Source: Minisyncoccota bacterium
GTDB lineage: Bacteria > Patescibacteriota > Microgenomatia > UBA1400 > PJMF01
Reading direction: 5' to 3'
NCBI GenBank assembly: GCA_003173865.1
Contig: PJMF01000003.1
Location: forward strand, 1 to 62,770
Length of the DNA stretch: 62,770 nt
Shown: piece by piece, positions 28,508 to 36,840 of the stretch
Position numbering within the stretch: position 1 is the first letter of the stretch
Layout: every line of letters starts with the position of its first letter
Made by a program: the position numbers and the translations under genes
The notes under the pieces: model-generated
Told to the model about the DNA's origin: nothing
Database searches by the model: none
Seen by the model: only the letters and a program-made list of their open reading frames with translations

Positions 28508-28978
28508 ATGAAAAAAAACGGGTATACATTCATCGAGATTATGATTGCGGTGACGCTTGCTTTACTGGTGGCAGGAGGTGGAATCGCGGCATATATCAAC
28601 TTGAATGATAAGCAGACACTAGTCACCAATGGTAAGCAAGTTCAGATTTTAATGCGCACTGCGCAAACGAAAGCGCGTTCTGGTGACAAGCCATCTGGAT
28701 GTGTAAAGTTGTTGAGTTACATTGTCAGTATCCCGGGACCTTCGTACAACACTGTGGTACTTTCTGCAGAGTGTAGCAATACGACATATCAAGTATCTTC
28801 CTATACTTTTCCAAATAACGTTCAAGGAAGTGGAGCTATCTCGATGCATTTTTTGGTGCTGCAGGGCGGTGTCACTGGATCAGGAAATGTCTCAATTATT
28901 TATAAAGCACGTCAGTACGCCTTTACCGTGAACCCCGGAGGTGATATTACTGAAGGAGTTGTGAGTAGCTATCCATGA
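28508..28978 (+). CDS. pilin-like / minor pilin protein 4
   Basis: 156 aa with MKKNG|YTFIEIMIAVTLALLV (Glu at +5). Confidence 0.75.
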   Translation: MKKNGYTFIEIMIAVTLALLVAGGGIAAYINLNDKQTLVTNGKQVQILMRTAQTKARSGDKPSGCVKLLSYIVSIPGPSYNTVVLSAECSNTTYQVSSYTFPNNVQGSGAISMHFLVLQGGVTGSGNVSIIYKARQYAFTVNPGGDITEGVVSSYP

Positions 28979-30222
28979 AGATGAATTTCCCAAATTTCGA
29001 GAAACGACGATCGCACCAGAGTTTCTGGAAGTACTCACACAGCTCTCGAGTCTCTCGAAATTTGGGAAATTCTACGCGTGGTCAGAGTATTATTGAAGTC
29101 GTCATCGCGATTGGCATTGTTTCGCTCGTGATGACTGCACTCGTGTCGTTGGTTGCAGTTTCTGTGAAAAATGCTGGTGAAGCCAAAGCAAAAGCTGTAG
29201 CAACGCAGTATACACAAGATGCACTGGAGTTTTTTCGTCAAGAAAGAATTTTGCTGGGGTGGGATACTTTCTTGCAGACGGTCCAAAACAGAGGAAGCAG
29301 CGTGACGTACTGTCTAGATATTTTGCCGGCGACACCGACTGCCTTCGCTGCCCTCCCTAGTGCCGCGTGTAACTCGACTCAGTTTGTAGATTCAAAGCAA
29401 CTTTTTCAGCGTCAAGCAACTGCTGTCATCGCGACAGTCGGAGGCAAAAAACAAATGACTGTGACCGTGACGGTCACTTGGCAAGATGGTGCGATGAATC
29501 GGCAATCCAGCGCAGTCATCGTATTTAACGGTTGGAATGCGGCCATTCCTTCAGCAGTGCCGATTGGGAACTGGACAGCACCTACACCCACACCAATTCC
29601 GGTTACTGGGTACTGGAAGTTTGATGAGGGTTCTGGTTCAAATGTGGCTGATAGTTCAGGTAATGGAAATAATGGGACATGGTTTGGGAGTGGATCACAT
29701 TGGACTACTGGATTATCAGCGACTGCTGGTTTATTTAATGGGACTGACGATGCGGTTGTGAGTAATGCCTCGATAGGTAACTTTGGAATAAGTAATTTTA
29801 CTATCGAGTTCTGGTTAAAAACGACAAATGTAGGAACGCAATTTTTGTTCACCAAGCAAGGTACGTGTGGACCTGATAGCTATTGGTATATCAGGACTAC
29901 CGGAGGAGTGCCAAGGATGGAAGTTGATCAAAACGTTCTTGGGACTAACTTAGCCGCGGTCAATGGCACGACGGCTGTGAACGATGGAGTTTGGCATCAT
30001 CTCGCATTTGTTCGCTCGGGTACGAGTTTAATGATTTATGTTGATGGTGCATTGAATGCCACACAAGCGACTACGGGTGTTGCCAATATTAGTAATACAA
30101 CTGCTTTCAAAATGGCGTCTTCTCCCTGTGCGGGACGCTTTAGCGGCACACTTGAAGAGGCTAAGGTGTATACCGTTGCTTTGTCGGCTTCTCAAATTCA
30201 GGCTGACTTCAGGGCGTTTTAA
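28975..30222 (+). CDS. prepilin-type protein fused to a LamG / concanavalin-A-like lectin domain
   Basis: 415 aa with a long 36-aa leader ending ...STRG|QSIIEVVIAIGIV (Glu at +5). The C-terminal ~210 aa (GYWKFDEGSGSNVADSSGNGNNG...FTIEFWLK...GVWHHLAFVRSGTSLMIYVDG...EEAKVY) follow the Laminin_G_3 pattern. Its ATG overlaps the stop of the preceding gene. Confidence 0.8.
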   Translation: MKMNFPNFEKRRSHQSFWKYSHSSRVSRNLGNSTRGQSIIEVVIAIGIVSLVMTALVSLVAVSVKNAGEAKAKAVATQYTQDALEFFRQERILLGWDTFLQTVQNRGSSVTYCLDILPATPTAFAALPSAACNSTQFVDSKQLFQRQATAVIATVGGKKQMTVTVTVTWQDGAMNRQSSAVIVFNGWNAAIPSAVPIGNWTAPTPTPIPVTGYWKFDEGSGSNVADSSGNGNNGTWFGSGSHWTTGLSATAGLFNGTDDAVVSNASIGNFGISNFTIEFWLKTTNVGTQFLFTKQGTCGPDSYWYIRTTGGVPRMEVDQNVLGTNLAAVNGTTAVNDGVWHHLAFVRSGTSLMIYVDGALNATQATTGVANISNTTAFKMASSPCAGRFSGTLEEAKVYTVALSASQIQADFRAF

Positions 30223-30782
30223 TTTACTTGCAATGATCGCACGTCCACACTTGTGGAAAACTGCTGAGTGACATTGGCGGGTGCGGTGTACTGTGTAGAT
30301 TGTTTATTGAGCGCAAAAGAAATCGTAATGTACGTGCCGTAGTTTGTGCTTGTCTGGCTACAGTTAAAGACGAGCGCCGGTGAAGAGCCTTGGGCAACTA
30401 ACGTAACCGCTGGTGAAGTGTAGTGAATAAGAGTTCCTCCTTGCGGTTGAGCTGCGATGAGGCCGTTGTCATTGTACAGCGTGGTGATGACATCGCTGTT
30501 GGATTTGAAGCTAATTCTGGTCATTCCAGTGGTGCACGATGGATTGGTTGGAAAACTGGGATCTGGCACAATTGAAATCGCGTTGCGGAGTCCGAACGCC
30601 ATTTGGTTGATGGCGTAGTCCCCTTCTTGTTTGACGGCTGAAACCACGTCTTTCCTGTTATTGCCCACTAGTGTCGCAAAAAAAAGTCCAGTTGCCGTGA
30701 TGGTGATCATGACGCTCAGGGCAATGACCATCATGACCTCAATTAAAGTAAAACCGTTGGGGTGTTTTTGATGAGTGGCCAT
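30219..30782 (-). CDS. pilin-like protein (prepilin-type N-terminus), opposite strand
   Basis: 187 aa with MATHQKHPNG|FTLIEVMMVIALSV. Its stop codon shares the TTAA at 30219-30222 with the stop of the convergent LamG-pilin gene. Confidence 0.8.
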   Translation of the reverse strand: MATHQKHPNGFTLIEVMMVIALSVMITITATGLFFATLVGNNRKDVVSAVKQEGDYAINQMAFGLRNAISIVPDPSFPTNPSCTTGMTRISFKSNSDVITTLYNDNGLIAAQPQGGTLIHYTSPAVTLVAQGSSPALVFNCSQTSTNYGTYITISFALNKQSTQYTAPANVTQQFSTSVDVRSLQVN

Positions 30783-30858
30783 GGTTATTAGTATAGAGTT
30801 TTTTGGTCAGATTTTGAAGTTTCTCAAAAGTAAAAAAGAAGGAGTGTACTTCTCCAAC

Positions 30859-33132
30859 CTAATTCGTCTCTTGCCACAACTGCAATGGCGATCCTAATTG
30901 GGGAGGTGCATTCAGGAGGAAATCCGGACGGTAGATAAACAAATCAGTAGGATTGGTGTTATTGGTTGTCGGAGTTGTGTAGGTGCGATTGAGCTGCACT
31001 CCACCCCACCCTGCAAACATACCGCCACCAACAAACTTCAAGTCACCACCAGCTTTGCCGCCGGCGATGATGAGTTGTTGGTCGGCGATATAAACTCCTT
31101 CGACAACCGGTGTTCCGGAAGTAAACGTCGTTGCTCCAACAGTGTTGGCGACGGTGATGTTGCCATTGACGATAAAAGCCAGGAAGCCGCCTTCAGCAAC
31201 ATGAATAGGTTGATTAATCGTTAAGTTCCCATTCACGAAAATGACCATACTTTGGTTATTCGTCAGATTCCATGCGGAGTTAATTGTCACGTCACTGTTG
31301 GCATAGTAGTTTTTGCCATTTGTTGGTGCGGATGATGGTTGTGTTCCAGTAAAATCAACAGTAGAGGTAGTACTGACGCCAAAGAGTTGTGCAAAGTAAC
31401 TGTAGTCTTCTTGTGGACCATTGAGTGTGGCTCCTAAGATGTGGCCGGTCGTCCCGTCTTGACGGAGATAGGTGTATTGAGAAGCAGCATCGAGCGTTGA
31501 GTCAATGGCTCCTCCTCCACTGACGACGTAGCTGTCGCTATTGGTGGTGTTGAGGACCGTCCGGGTGCTGAGTGCCGGTGTACAGCTTGGAGAGGTGCAC
31601 GTGGCGGGAATTTTAGAGTAAACCGCAGTACCAGTCGTATTGCCAGCGTAGATCAGACCATTACTGGTTTGCCACCAGGATTGTTTCCCATTGGAAAGAT
31701 AGAAGTTGACGTTATTTGAAGTAAGAACACTGGTAGTATTGGTGTAGCTACAGCTTGAAGGGCACACGCAGCTGTAGAGATTGAGATCTGGGGTTAACGT
31801 CACAGTGGTGCTGTTCGTGTACGCAACATTTGAAATTGTGTACCCCGATCCAGAAATAACACCGAGACTGTTACCTCCCCCCCCCCAAGTAGCTCCAATA
31901 GTGGATGAAGCGCCTGGATTTTGCCCAGTGCCGCCGCTGCCCAGTTGACACAAACCATTGCCACCAACACCTGAGGATTGTGTAGTATCGAGGATAAAGT
32001 TTCCTCGGATTGGACTGACAATGGTGAACGTAGTGGGCGAAGTCCAGCTACCGTTGACGGCGGGTGTGCACGTGCCGTTGATCGGGAGGATACGCCAGGT
32101 ATAGCTGGTGATTGTGGGGGTAAACGTAAAGGCGTAGTTGAGCGTGGTTAAGTTGGTGGGACACGCGCTGCCGGACGCGGTACATTCTTGACCAGAAGGC
32201 GTGCCGGTTGGGTAAATTTGGAGGTTGTACTTCGTTGCCTTCGTCATTGCCGTCCAACTCAGTGTCACCGTGGTCGCTGGCGGAGTGACTGTGACGGTTG
32301 CGCCGTTGGCGGGAGTGGGAGTGGTGGTGCCGGAGGGGGGCGTTTCGTCGGAAGTGCCACAATTTCTACCACAGGCATTGACCTGTCCACAAGAATTTGG
32401 ACAAACATTACTATCATTTGAACATGTCCCACCACAGGTTCCTTTGTTCGGTTGACCACAGTAGGGAGCGTTACAAATATTGGTGCAACTTGCCCCTCCA
32501 CTCCCACAAATACAGGGCCAGCCGGAGGTACTAAAGTCTTGGGTCAAGCCAGGGCAGCAGGTACACGCAGTGCCAGCTTGACTGCAGTAGGAAGTACATT
32601 GAGCGACAGTGCCACCTGCATTTCGGCACACAATCCAACACTCATTTTGTCTACCCCCCATCGCTTGACATTGGCTGGGACTTTCCCCTTCTCCTAAGCA
32701 GCGTGGACGATTATCGGTATAGCAAAGTGCAGATTGTCCCCCACCAGATGGTGTGCAGCATTGAACTAGATCGGGAGGACTACAGTAGCCTGCTCCGCTC
32801 GATTGAGTACTGCCCTGAATCGCAGAGCAAGTTGAACTGCTTGTGCACCAACTTGAAGAACAGCCTCCTTGAGGAGGAGGTGATGGTGGAGTACAACTGC
32901 AAGCAGGTGCAGGAGAAAGACAGGTTCCTGTCAATCCTGGACAATTGGGATCACCAGGACCAGTACACTCATAGCAAAAATTGTTTTTATCACAGTAGGT
33001 AGCAACTTCAACTGCAGAATCACATCCACAACAGTTAAAACTTTGTGCTTGTATTTTTGATCCTGAGTGGAAAAAAATAAACGAAACCAAAGAGATAATT
33101 ATTACAGAATATATACGCTTTAATATATTCAT
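30859..33132 (-). CDS. large secreted protein: extremely Cys-rich N-terminal region, FN3-like module and beta-helix-like C-terminus
   Basis: 757 aa with a signal peptide (MNILKRIYSVIIISLVSFIFFHSGSKIQAQ). I count roughly three dozen Cys in residues about 31-265. An FN3-like segment follows (TVTLSWTAMTKATKYNLQIYP...YTWRILPING). The remainder is Thr/Gly/Asn-rich with repetitive MVIFVNGNLTIN / FIVNGNITVAN strands. Confidence 0.75.
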   Translation of the reverse strand: MNILKRIYSVIIISLVSFIFFHSGSKIQAQSFNCCGCDSAVEVATYCDKNNFCYECTGPGDPNCPGLTGTCLSPAPACSCTPPSPPPQGGCSSSWCTSSSTCSAIQGSTQSSGAGYCSPPDLVQCCTPSGGGQSALCYTDNRPRCLGEGESPSQCQAMGGRQNECWIVCRNAGGTVAQCTSYCSQAGTACTCCPGLTQDFSTSGWPCICGSGGASCTNICNAPYCGQPNKGTCGGTCSNDSNVCPNSCGQVNACGRNCGTSDETPPSGTTTPTPANGATVTVTPPATTVTLSWTAMTKATKYNLQIYPTGTPSGQECTASGSACPTNLTTLNYAFTFTPTITSYTWRILPINGTCTPAVNGSWTSPTTFTIVSPIRGNFILDTTQSSGVGGNGLCQLGSGGTGQNPGASSTIGATWGGGGNSLGVISGSGYTISNVAYTNSTTVTLTPDLNLYSCVCPSSCSYTNTTSVLTSNNVNFYLSNGKQSWWQTSNGLIYAGNTTGTAVYSKIPATCTSPSCTPALSTRTVLNTTNSDSYVVSGGGAIDSTLDAASQYTYLRQDGTTGHILGATLNGPQEDYSYFAQLFGVSTTSTVDFTGTQPSSAPTNGKNYYANSDVTINSAWNLTNNQSMVIFVNGNLTINQPIHVAEGGFLAFIVNGNITVANTVGATTFTSGTPVVEGVYIADQQLIIAGGKAGGDLKFVGGGMFAGWGGVQLNRTYTTPTTNNTNPTDLFIYRPDFLLNAPPQLGSPLQLWQETN

Positions 33133-33139
33133 ACAAAAC

Positions 33140-34216
33140 TTACTTTCCTTGACTTAAATCCAACTCTCTTGTGAATGGTAGAGTTGAAGAACAAAGCTGC
33201 GGAAAATTAATCATTTTCTTACAACTAAGAATATTATCTTTTGGTTCACACATATATGGAGTAGATTGTAAGCAAAACGAAAGCCCAGTGTGAACGTCAT
33301 TATACCTAAATGTAGTTATAAATGGACTTTGCTCATCAACTTGTATTGGTATTTTTTTTAGCTTATAAAACCAACTGACTTTTTTTAAATTTTGCATGTA
33401 TACGTCAATTTTATCAGATGGAACATGGAGAATTAAGTAATGCAAAATAACTTTAGTCGCCGTATTTAAAGAAGTTTTTCTTAATGTATTTATTAGGTTT
33501 ATTTCTTGAGAAGAGTATTCTTTTGTATCTGGATCCATATTTGAATTTTGATAAAGCAATTCATATTTGTGCAAATTTTTTCCGATATCTATAGAAATTG
33601 CTACACGATTCTCTTTATAATAATTAATTTCCTCTATTGATCCGACCAAAGAAAATGCTGTTCTAAATAATTGGTTCACAACTATAGGATTAATTCCATT
33701 TCTGATACCACTATTGATCATTGAATCTCCCACAGTGTCAGTACTCTTTTTTTGCATTGATGATAAACTGGAGTAATCTTGGCTTTGATAACTTAACCAA
33801 TAACGAAGAGTGTTCGGATCTGAGAATATTAACCCTCTGAAGGAAGGTAAATCGAGAATTTGATCAGCTGGTTGATCAGAAAATAAAGCATCAACAGGTT
33901 TAAGACCATTGTTGTACTCTATTTCTATTTTTGGGATGCAAGACTGATAAGTCCAGAACAAACAATCTGGAATTAGATCTTCATGAATGTTTGTGATTGA
34001 ACTTAAATCTTGTAAATTTTGAATTTTTTCATTTACAGTTATTACTCTGCTACTTTGAACTTGAGCAATCGGATTTATCTGAGGATTTTTAGTAGGAAAA
34101 AATTTATTTTTAAAATAAAGCGAAATAACATTCTGAGGAAAGAAAACAAAACCAGTCGTAATTAAGACAGAAAAAACTATAACAATTACAATAAAAACAA
34201 TAGCTCTCTTTGGCAT
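33140..34216 (-). CDS. hypothetical membrane-anchored protein (low-GC orphan)
   Basis: I trimmed the track ORF to the ATG at 34216 (MPKRAIVFIVIVIVFSVLITTG...). It has one N-terminal TM helix and I recognise no domain. Sampled lines are about 27-35% GC, against about 47-48% in the adjacent 757-aa gene. Confidence 0.6.
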   Translation of the reverse strand: MPKRAIVFIVIVIVFSVLITTGFVFFPQNVISLYFKNKFFPTKNPQINPIAQVQSSRVITVNEKIQNLQDLSSITNIHEDLIPDCLFWTYQSCIPKIEIEYNNGLKPVDALFSDQPADQILDLPSFRGLIFSDPNTLRYWLSYQSQDYSSLSSMQKKSTDTVGDSMINSGIRNGINPIVVNQLFRTAFSLVGSIEEINYYKENRVAISIDIGKNLHKYELLYQNSNMDPDTKEYSSQEINLINTLRKTSLNTATKVILHYLILHVPSDKIDVYMQNLKKVSWFYKLKKIPIQVDEQSPFITTFRYNDVHTGLSFCLQSTPYMCEPKDNILSCKKMINFPQLCSSTLPFTRELDLSQGK

Positions 34217-34301
34217 GAGTCTTAGAATATACAAAAACACTAGAACGCACAAGAGGAAGCACTTAATCTACTTTGTGCAAAGACCGCATACCTATAGTAA
34301 C

Positions 34302-34775
34302 CTAACTTAAACTTTTGACTGGTTGAACAAAATCTCCATTTATGAGAACAAAGGTTCCATCGACACTATCAGTGTAGATAAATGCGCCTTCCGCAAATTT
34401 TACAGTAAGGTGAGTACCAGGCTTATTAATTTTCGCCAGCAATGCTTGAATAGCTTCATTACTTTGCTGTCCACTAGCAGCATATCCGCCATCCTCAAGA
34501 TCTTGAGTAATTATAACGTCATACATATTGCCCGTTTTAAGGGAGTTAGGGTTTAAAGCAGTTTCTGGACTTTGGGCAGGGGAATTAGTATTGTTTGCAT
34601 CAGGGTTTGAATTAACAACAAGGGTATTGCGATCACGAGGGCCATCAACATGATTATCCAATTTTCCAGCAGTAGCCTGAGCTGGTGTTTTGCCTTCGGC
34701 TGCCAACCCCATAGCAGTTAAACCTATGACGGCTGTTTTTAATGCCTTATTTAACATCTCGGATGGAGCTACCAT
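34302..34775 (-). CDS. secreted hypothetical protein, tandem paralog 1
   Basis: I trimmed it to the ATG at 34775, which is preceded by AAAGGAGAGTTT. The N-terminal half (AVIGLTAMGLAAEGKTPAQATAGKLDNHVDGP..RNTLVVNSNPDANNT) is shared with the next gene. Confidence 0.6.
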   Translation of the reverse strand: MVAPSEMLNKALKTAVIGLTAMGLAAEGKTPAQATAGKLDNHVDGPRDRNTLVVNSNPDANNTNSPAQSPETALNPNSLKTGNMYDVIITQDLEDGGYAASGQQSNEAIQALLAKINKPGTHLTVKFAEGAFIYTDSVDGTFVLINGDFVQPVKSLS

Positions 34776-34897
34776 AAACTCTCCTTTTTGGACTACAACA
34801 TCTATAGATTTAGAATTATTAGATTGTACTATAAGCAAACACAAAAACAATTATCAGTAGTTTAAGACTTCTATTACAGCATGTTCATGAACAAAAC

Positions 34898-35404
34898 TTA
34901 ACGAGTTTGGGAAACTACTTCTTCCACTGGAGTAACGTAATCTCCTTTGATATAAATAGTAGGTGTTCCGTTTTCTATCCCTCCCATAGCTCCTCCACTA
35001 ACTAGGAAACTACCATCACTCATAATATACATACCAATAATTTCTTCTCCTACTTTCAACTTAGCAATTGCCTTTTGAAGAGCTGCCGGATCCTCTTTTC
35101 CACTATATACCAATCCATCAGTTGGATCTTGCGTAATTTGAATATAATACATTTGACCATCTTGCAGACTATCCGGGTTCAAAGTAGTCTCTGGATTTTG
35201 AATAGATTGAGAATCAGTATTGTTTGTATCAGGGTTTGAATTAACAACAAGAACATTGCGATTAACAGGACCACCAACTTGATTATCTAATTTTCCAGTA
35301 TTAGCTTGGGCTGGTGTTTTGCCCTCCGCAGCTACCATAGTTACGGCAGTTAAGCCTATAGCGGCTGTTCTCAACATTTTACTTAACACTTCTGCTTGTC
35401 GCAT
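34898..35404 (-). CDS. secreted hypothetical protein, tandem paralog 2
   Basis: 168 aa with the same AAAGGAGAGTTT-ATG translation start context as paralog 1. There is a conserved ~200-nt 5' block, including the identical run ATCAGGGTTTGAATTAACAACAAG on the plus strand. Confidence 0.65.
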   Translation of the reverse strand: MRQAEVLSKMLRTAAIGLTAVTMVAAEGKTPAQANTGKLDNQVGGPVNRNVLVVNSNPDTNNTDSQSIQNPETTLNPDSLQDGQMYYIQITQDPTDGLVYSGKEDPAALQKAIAKLKVGEEIIGMYIMSDGSFLVSGGAMGGIENGTPTIYIKGDYVTPVEEVVSQTR

Positions 35405-35614
35405 AAACTCTCCTTTTGGCTATAAAATAATAGCCCATAATGTTTAAATAATATCATATTACTTGATAATAGGCAACTTATAATTTAATTTATAGGCCTA
35501 TTATTCAACCTTATTCTACACCCATTATTACTCCGTGTTGAAATAATCAAGTTACGAATTCGTAAGAAAGCAGTAAATTTAATTGAAAGAACAAGTTATT
35601 TCGAGTCAAAGCAC

Positions 35615-36712
35615 CTATCTCTCCCCACATTCCTCCCTAAACGTTTTATCCTGAATTCTCCCGCATAGCTCATCCCCAACACTCACATCCTTCCCCGCCT
35701 CTCCCCAAATCATCCCGCTTAGCTCCTGATAGCACTCCTTTTTGCTGCTTTCCCCAATCCGCGAGCAAATCTCAAACGGCATCTTCTCATGATCGCCCAC
35801 CGAAAAAGCTGCACTAGCAATCGTCTCCAAACAGTAATTTTGCCACTTCTCCCCTGTCGCGTTCTGACAAAGCGCAAACGCCGCGTCCGTCTTTCCATTT
35901 GTTAATGGATGGATTTGCCGGGCAAAGTTGTTGTAACACATCCCTTGCAAATCAGGATCTTGAACAGCATCACAGTACGAAGCCACTTTTTTTAAGTCGC
36001 CATGGAACTGTACATACATCACAGATGCTTGATTTGACCAACACCCGCTCAAGTATTGATGAGGAATTCGAGGGTCGTCACACGGATAGAGAGGATCACT
36101 TGCTTTCAGCCAGCGTTTTGGTGAAGGCTCACCGTCGTGCACTCCCCAGAAGTTTTCCATGAAAACACCGTCATAACAATTAAATGTGGGCACATCTCCT
36201 GATTTTTGGTGGAGTTGATCACACATCTTAAGCGCTCCCAGGAGATCATAGTCACGCCAAGCCAAAAAACCATGACCCGCAGCATGAGCACACTGAGTTA
36301 ATACATTTGTTCCAGATTCTTTGCACTGCTCGATGGTGTGCGATAAACCATCAATCCCGTGGTCGGCTAAATCATCAATAATAAATGAGTGATAGCACGC
36401 TGACAAAAAATATTCTTTACAGTACTTTAGTCCAGCAGGACCGTATTTTTTATAAATATACTCGCCAATTTCATGCACCAGTAAGTGCGACTGACCAGTA
36501 AAAGGCAAACCAGAGTGCAGCATATACTCTTGCGTGTGTTCAGGTCCAACGCGGTCAAGGAGTTTGGTTAACCACGCACGCTGCTCACTCAGGTCAGTTG
36601 TGTTCAAAATGTGCTGAACTTCCGGAGGTTGTGCGATAGCGTTGAGGTGAGAAGGTTGTTTTGCAAAAGCAATACTTAGCACCATCATTAGTAATTGAAA
36701 AATTTTCATCAT
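35615..36712 (-). CDS. secreted Cys-rich repeat protein, unknown function
   Basis: I trimmed it to MMKIFQLLMMVLSIAFA... (ATG 36712 or 36709), because the longer track ORF overlaps the divergent PilX-like gene. It has recurring C-x-aromatic/His segments (SACYHSF, QCAHAAGHGF, NCYDGVF, GCWSNQ, MCYNNF, NYCLETI, ECYQEL). Confidence 0.65.
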   Translation of the reverse strand: MMKIFQLLMMVLSIAFAKQPSHLNAIAQPPEVQHILNTTDLSEQRAWLTKLLDRVGPEHTQEYMLHSGLPFTGQSHLLVHEIGEYIYKKYGPAGLKYCKEYFLSACYHSFIIDDLADHGIDGLSHTIEQCKESGTNVLTQCAHAAGHGFLAWRDYDLLGALKMCDQLHQKSGDVPTFNCYDGVFMENFWGVHDGEPSPKRWLKASDPLYPCDDPRIPHQYLSGCWSNQASVMYVQFHGDLKKVASYCDAVQDPDLQGMCYNNFARQIHPLTNGKTDAAFALCQNATGEKWQNYCLETIASAAFSVGDHEKMPFEICSRIGESSKKECYQELSGMIWGEAGKDVSVGDELCGRIQDKTFREECGER

Positions 36713-36840
36713 ACATTGAAGGAGTTCGTGGTTTTCGAGAGACTCGAGAAGTGTGTGAGCTTGAGAACTACGTAACTCCGGAAAGATATTTGCAGACCAC
36801 GCCCTGCTCCCGTATACTAATAGTGTACAGTAACACACAT

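Noticed and set aside
28975-30222. Diversity-generating retroelement targeting the LamG pilin or the PKD protein (prompted by the Avd-like gene at 17107)
   Set aside because: There is no reverse transcriptase in the window. I found no template/variable repeat pair with adenine-specific mismatches by eye.
31800-33002. Several 73-104-aa ORFs on both strands within the 757-aa Cys-rich gene (for example 32048-32362, 32265-32507, 32703-33002)
   Set aside because: These are alternative or antisense frames of a compositionally biased (Gly/Thr/Cys/Pro codon-rich) gene. Only the 757-aa frame has a signal peptide and is open end to end.
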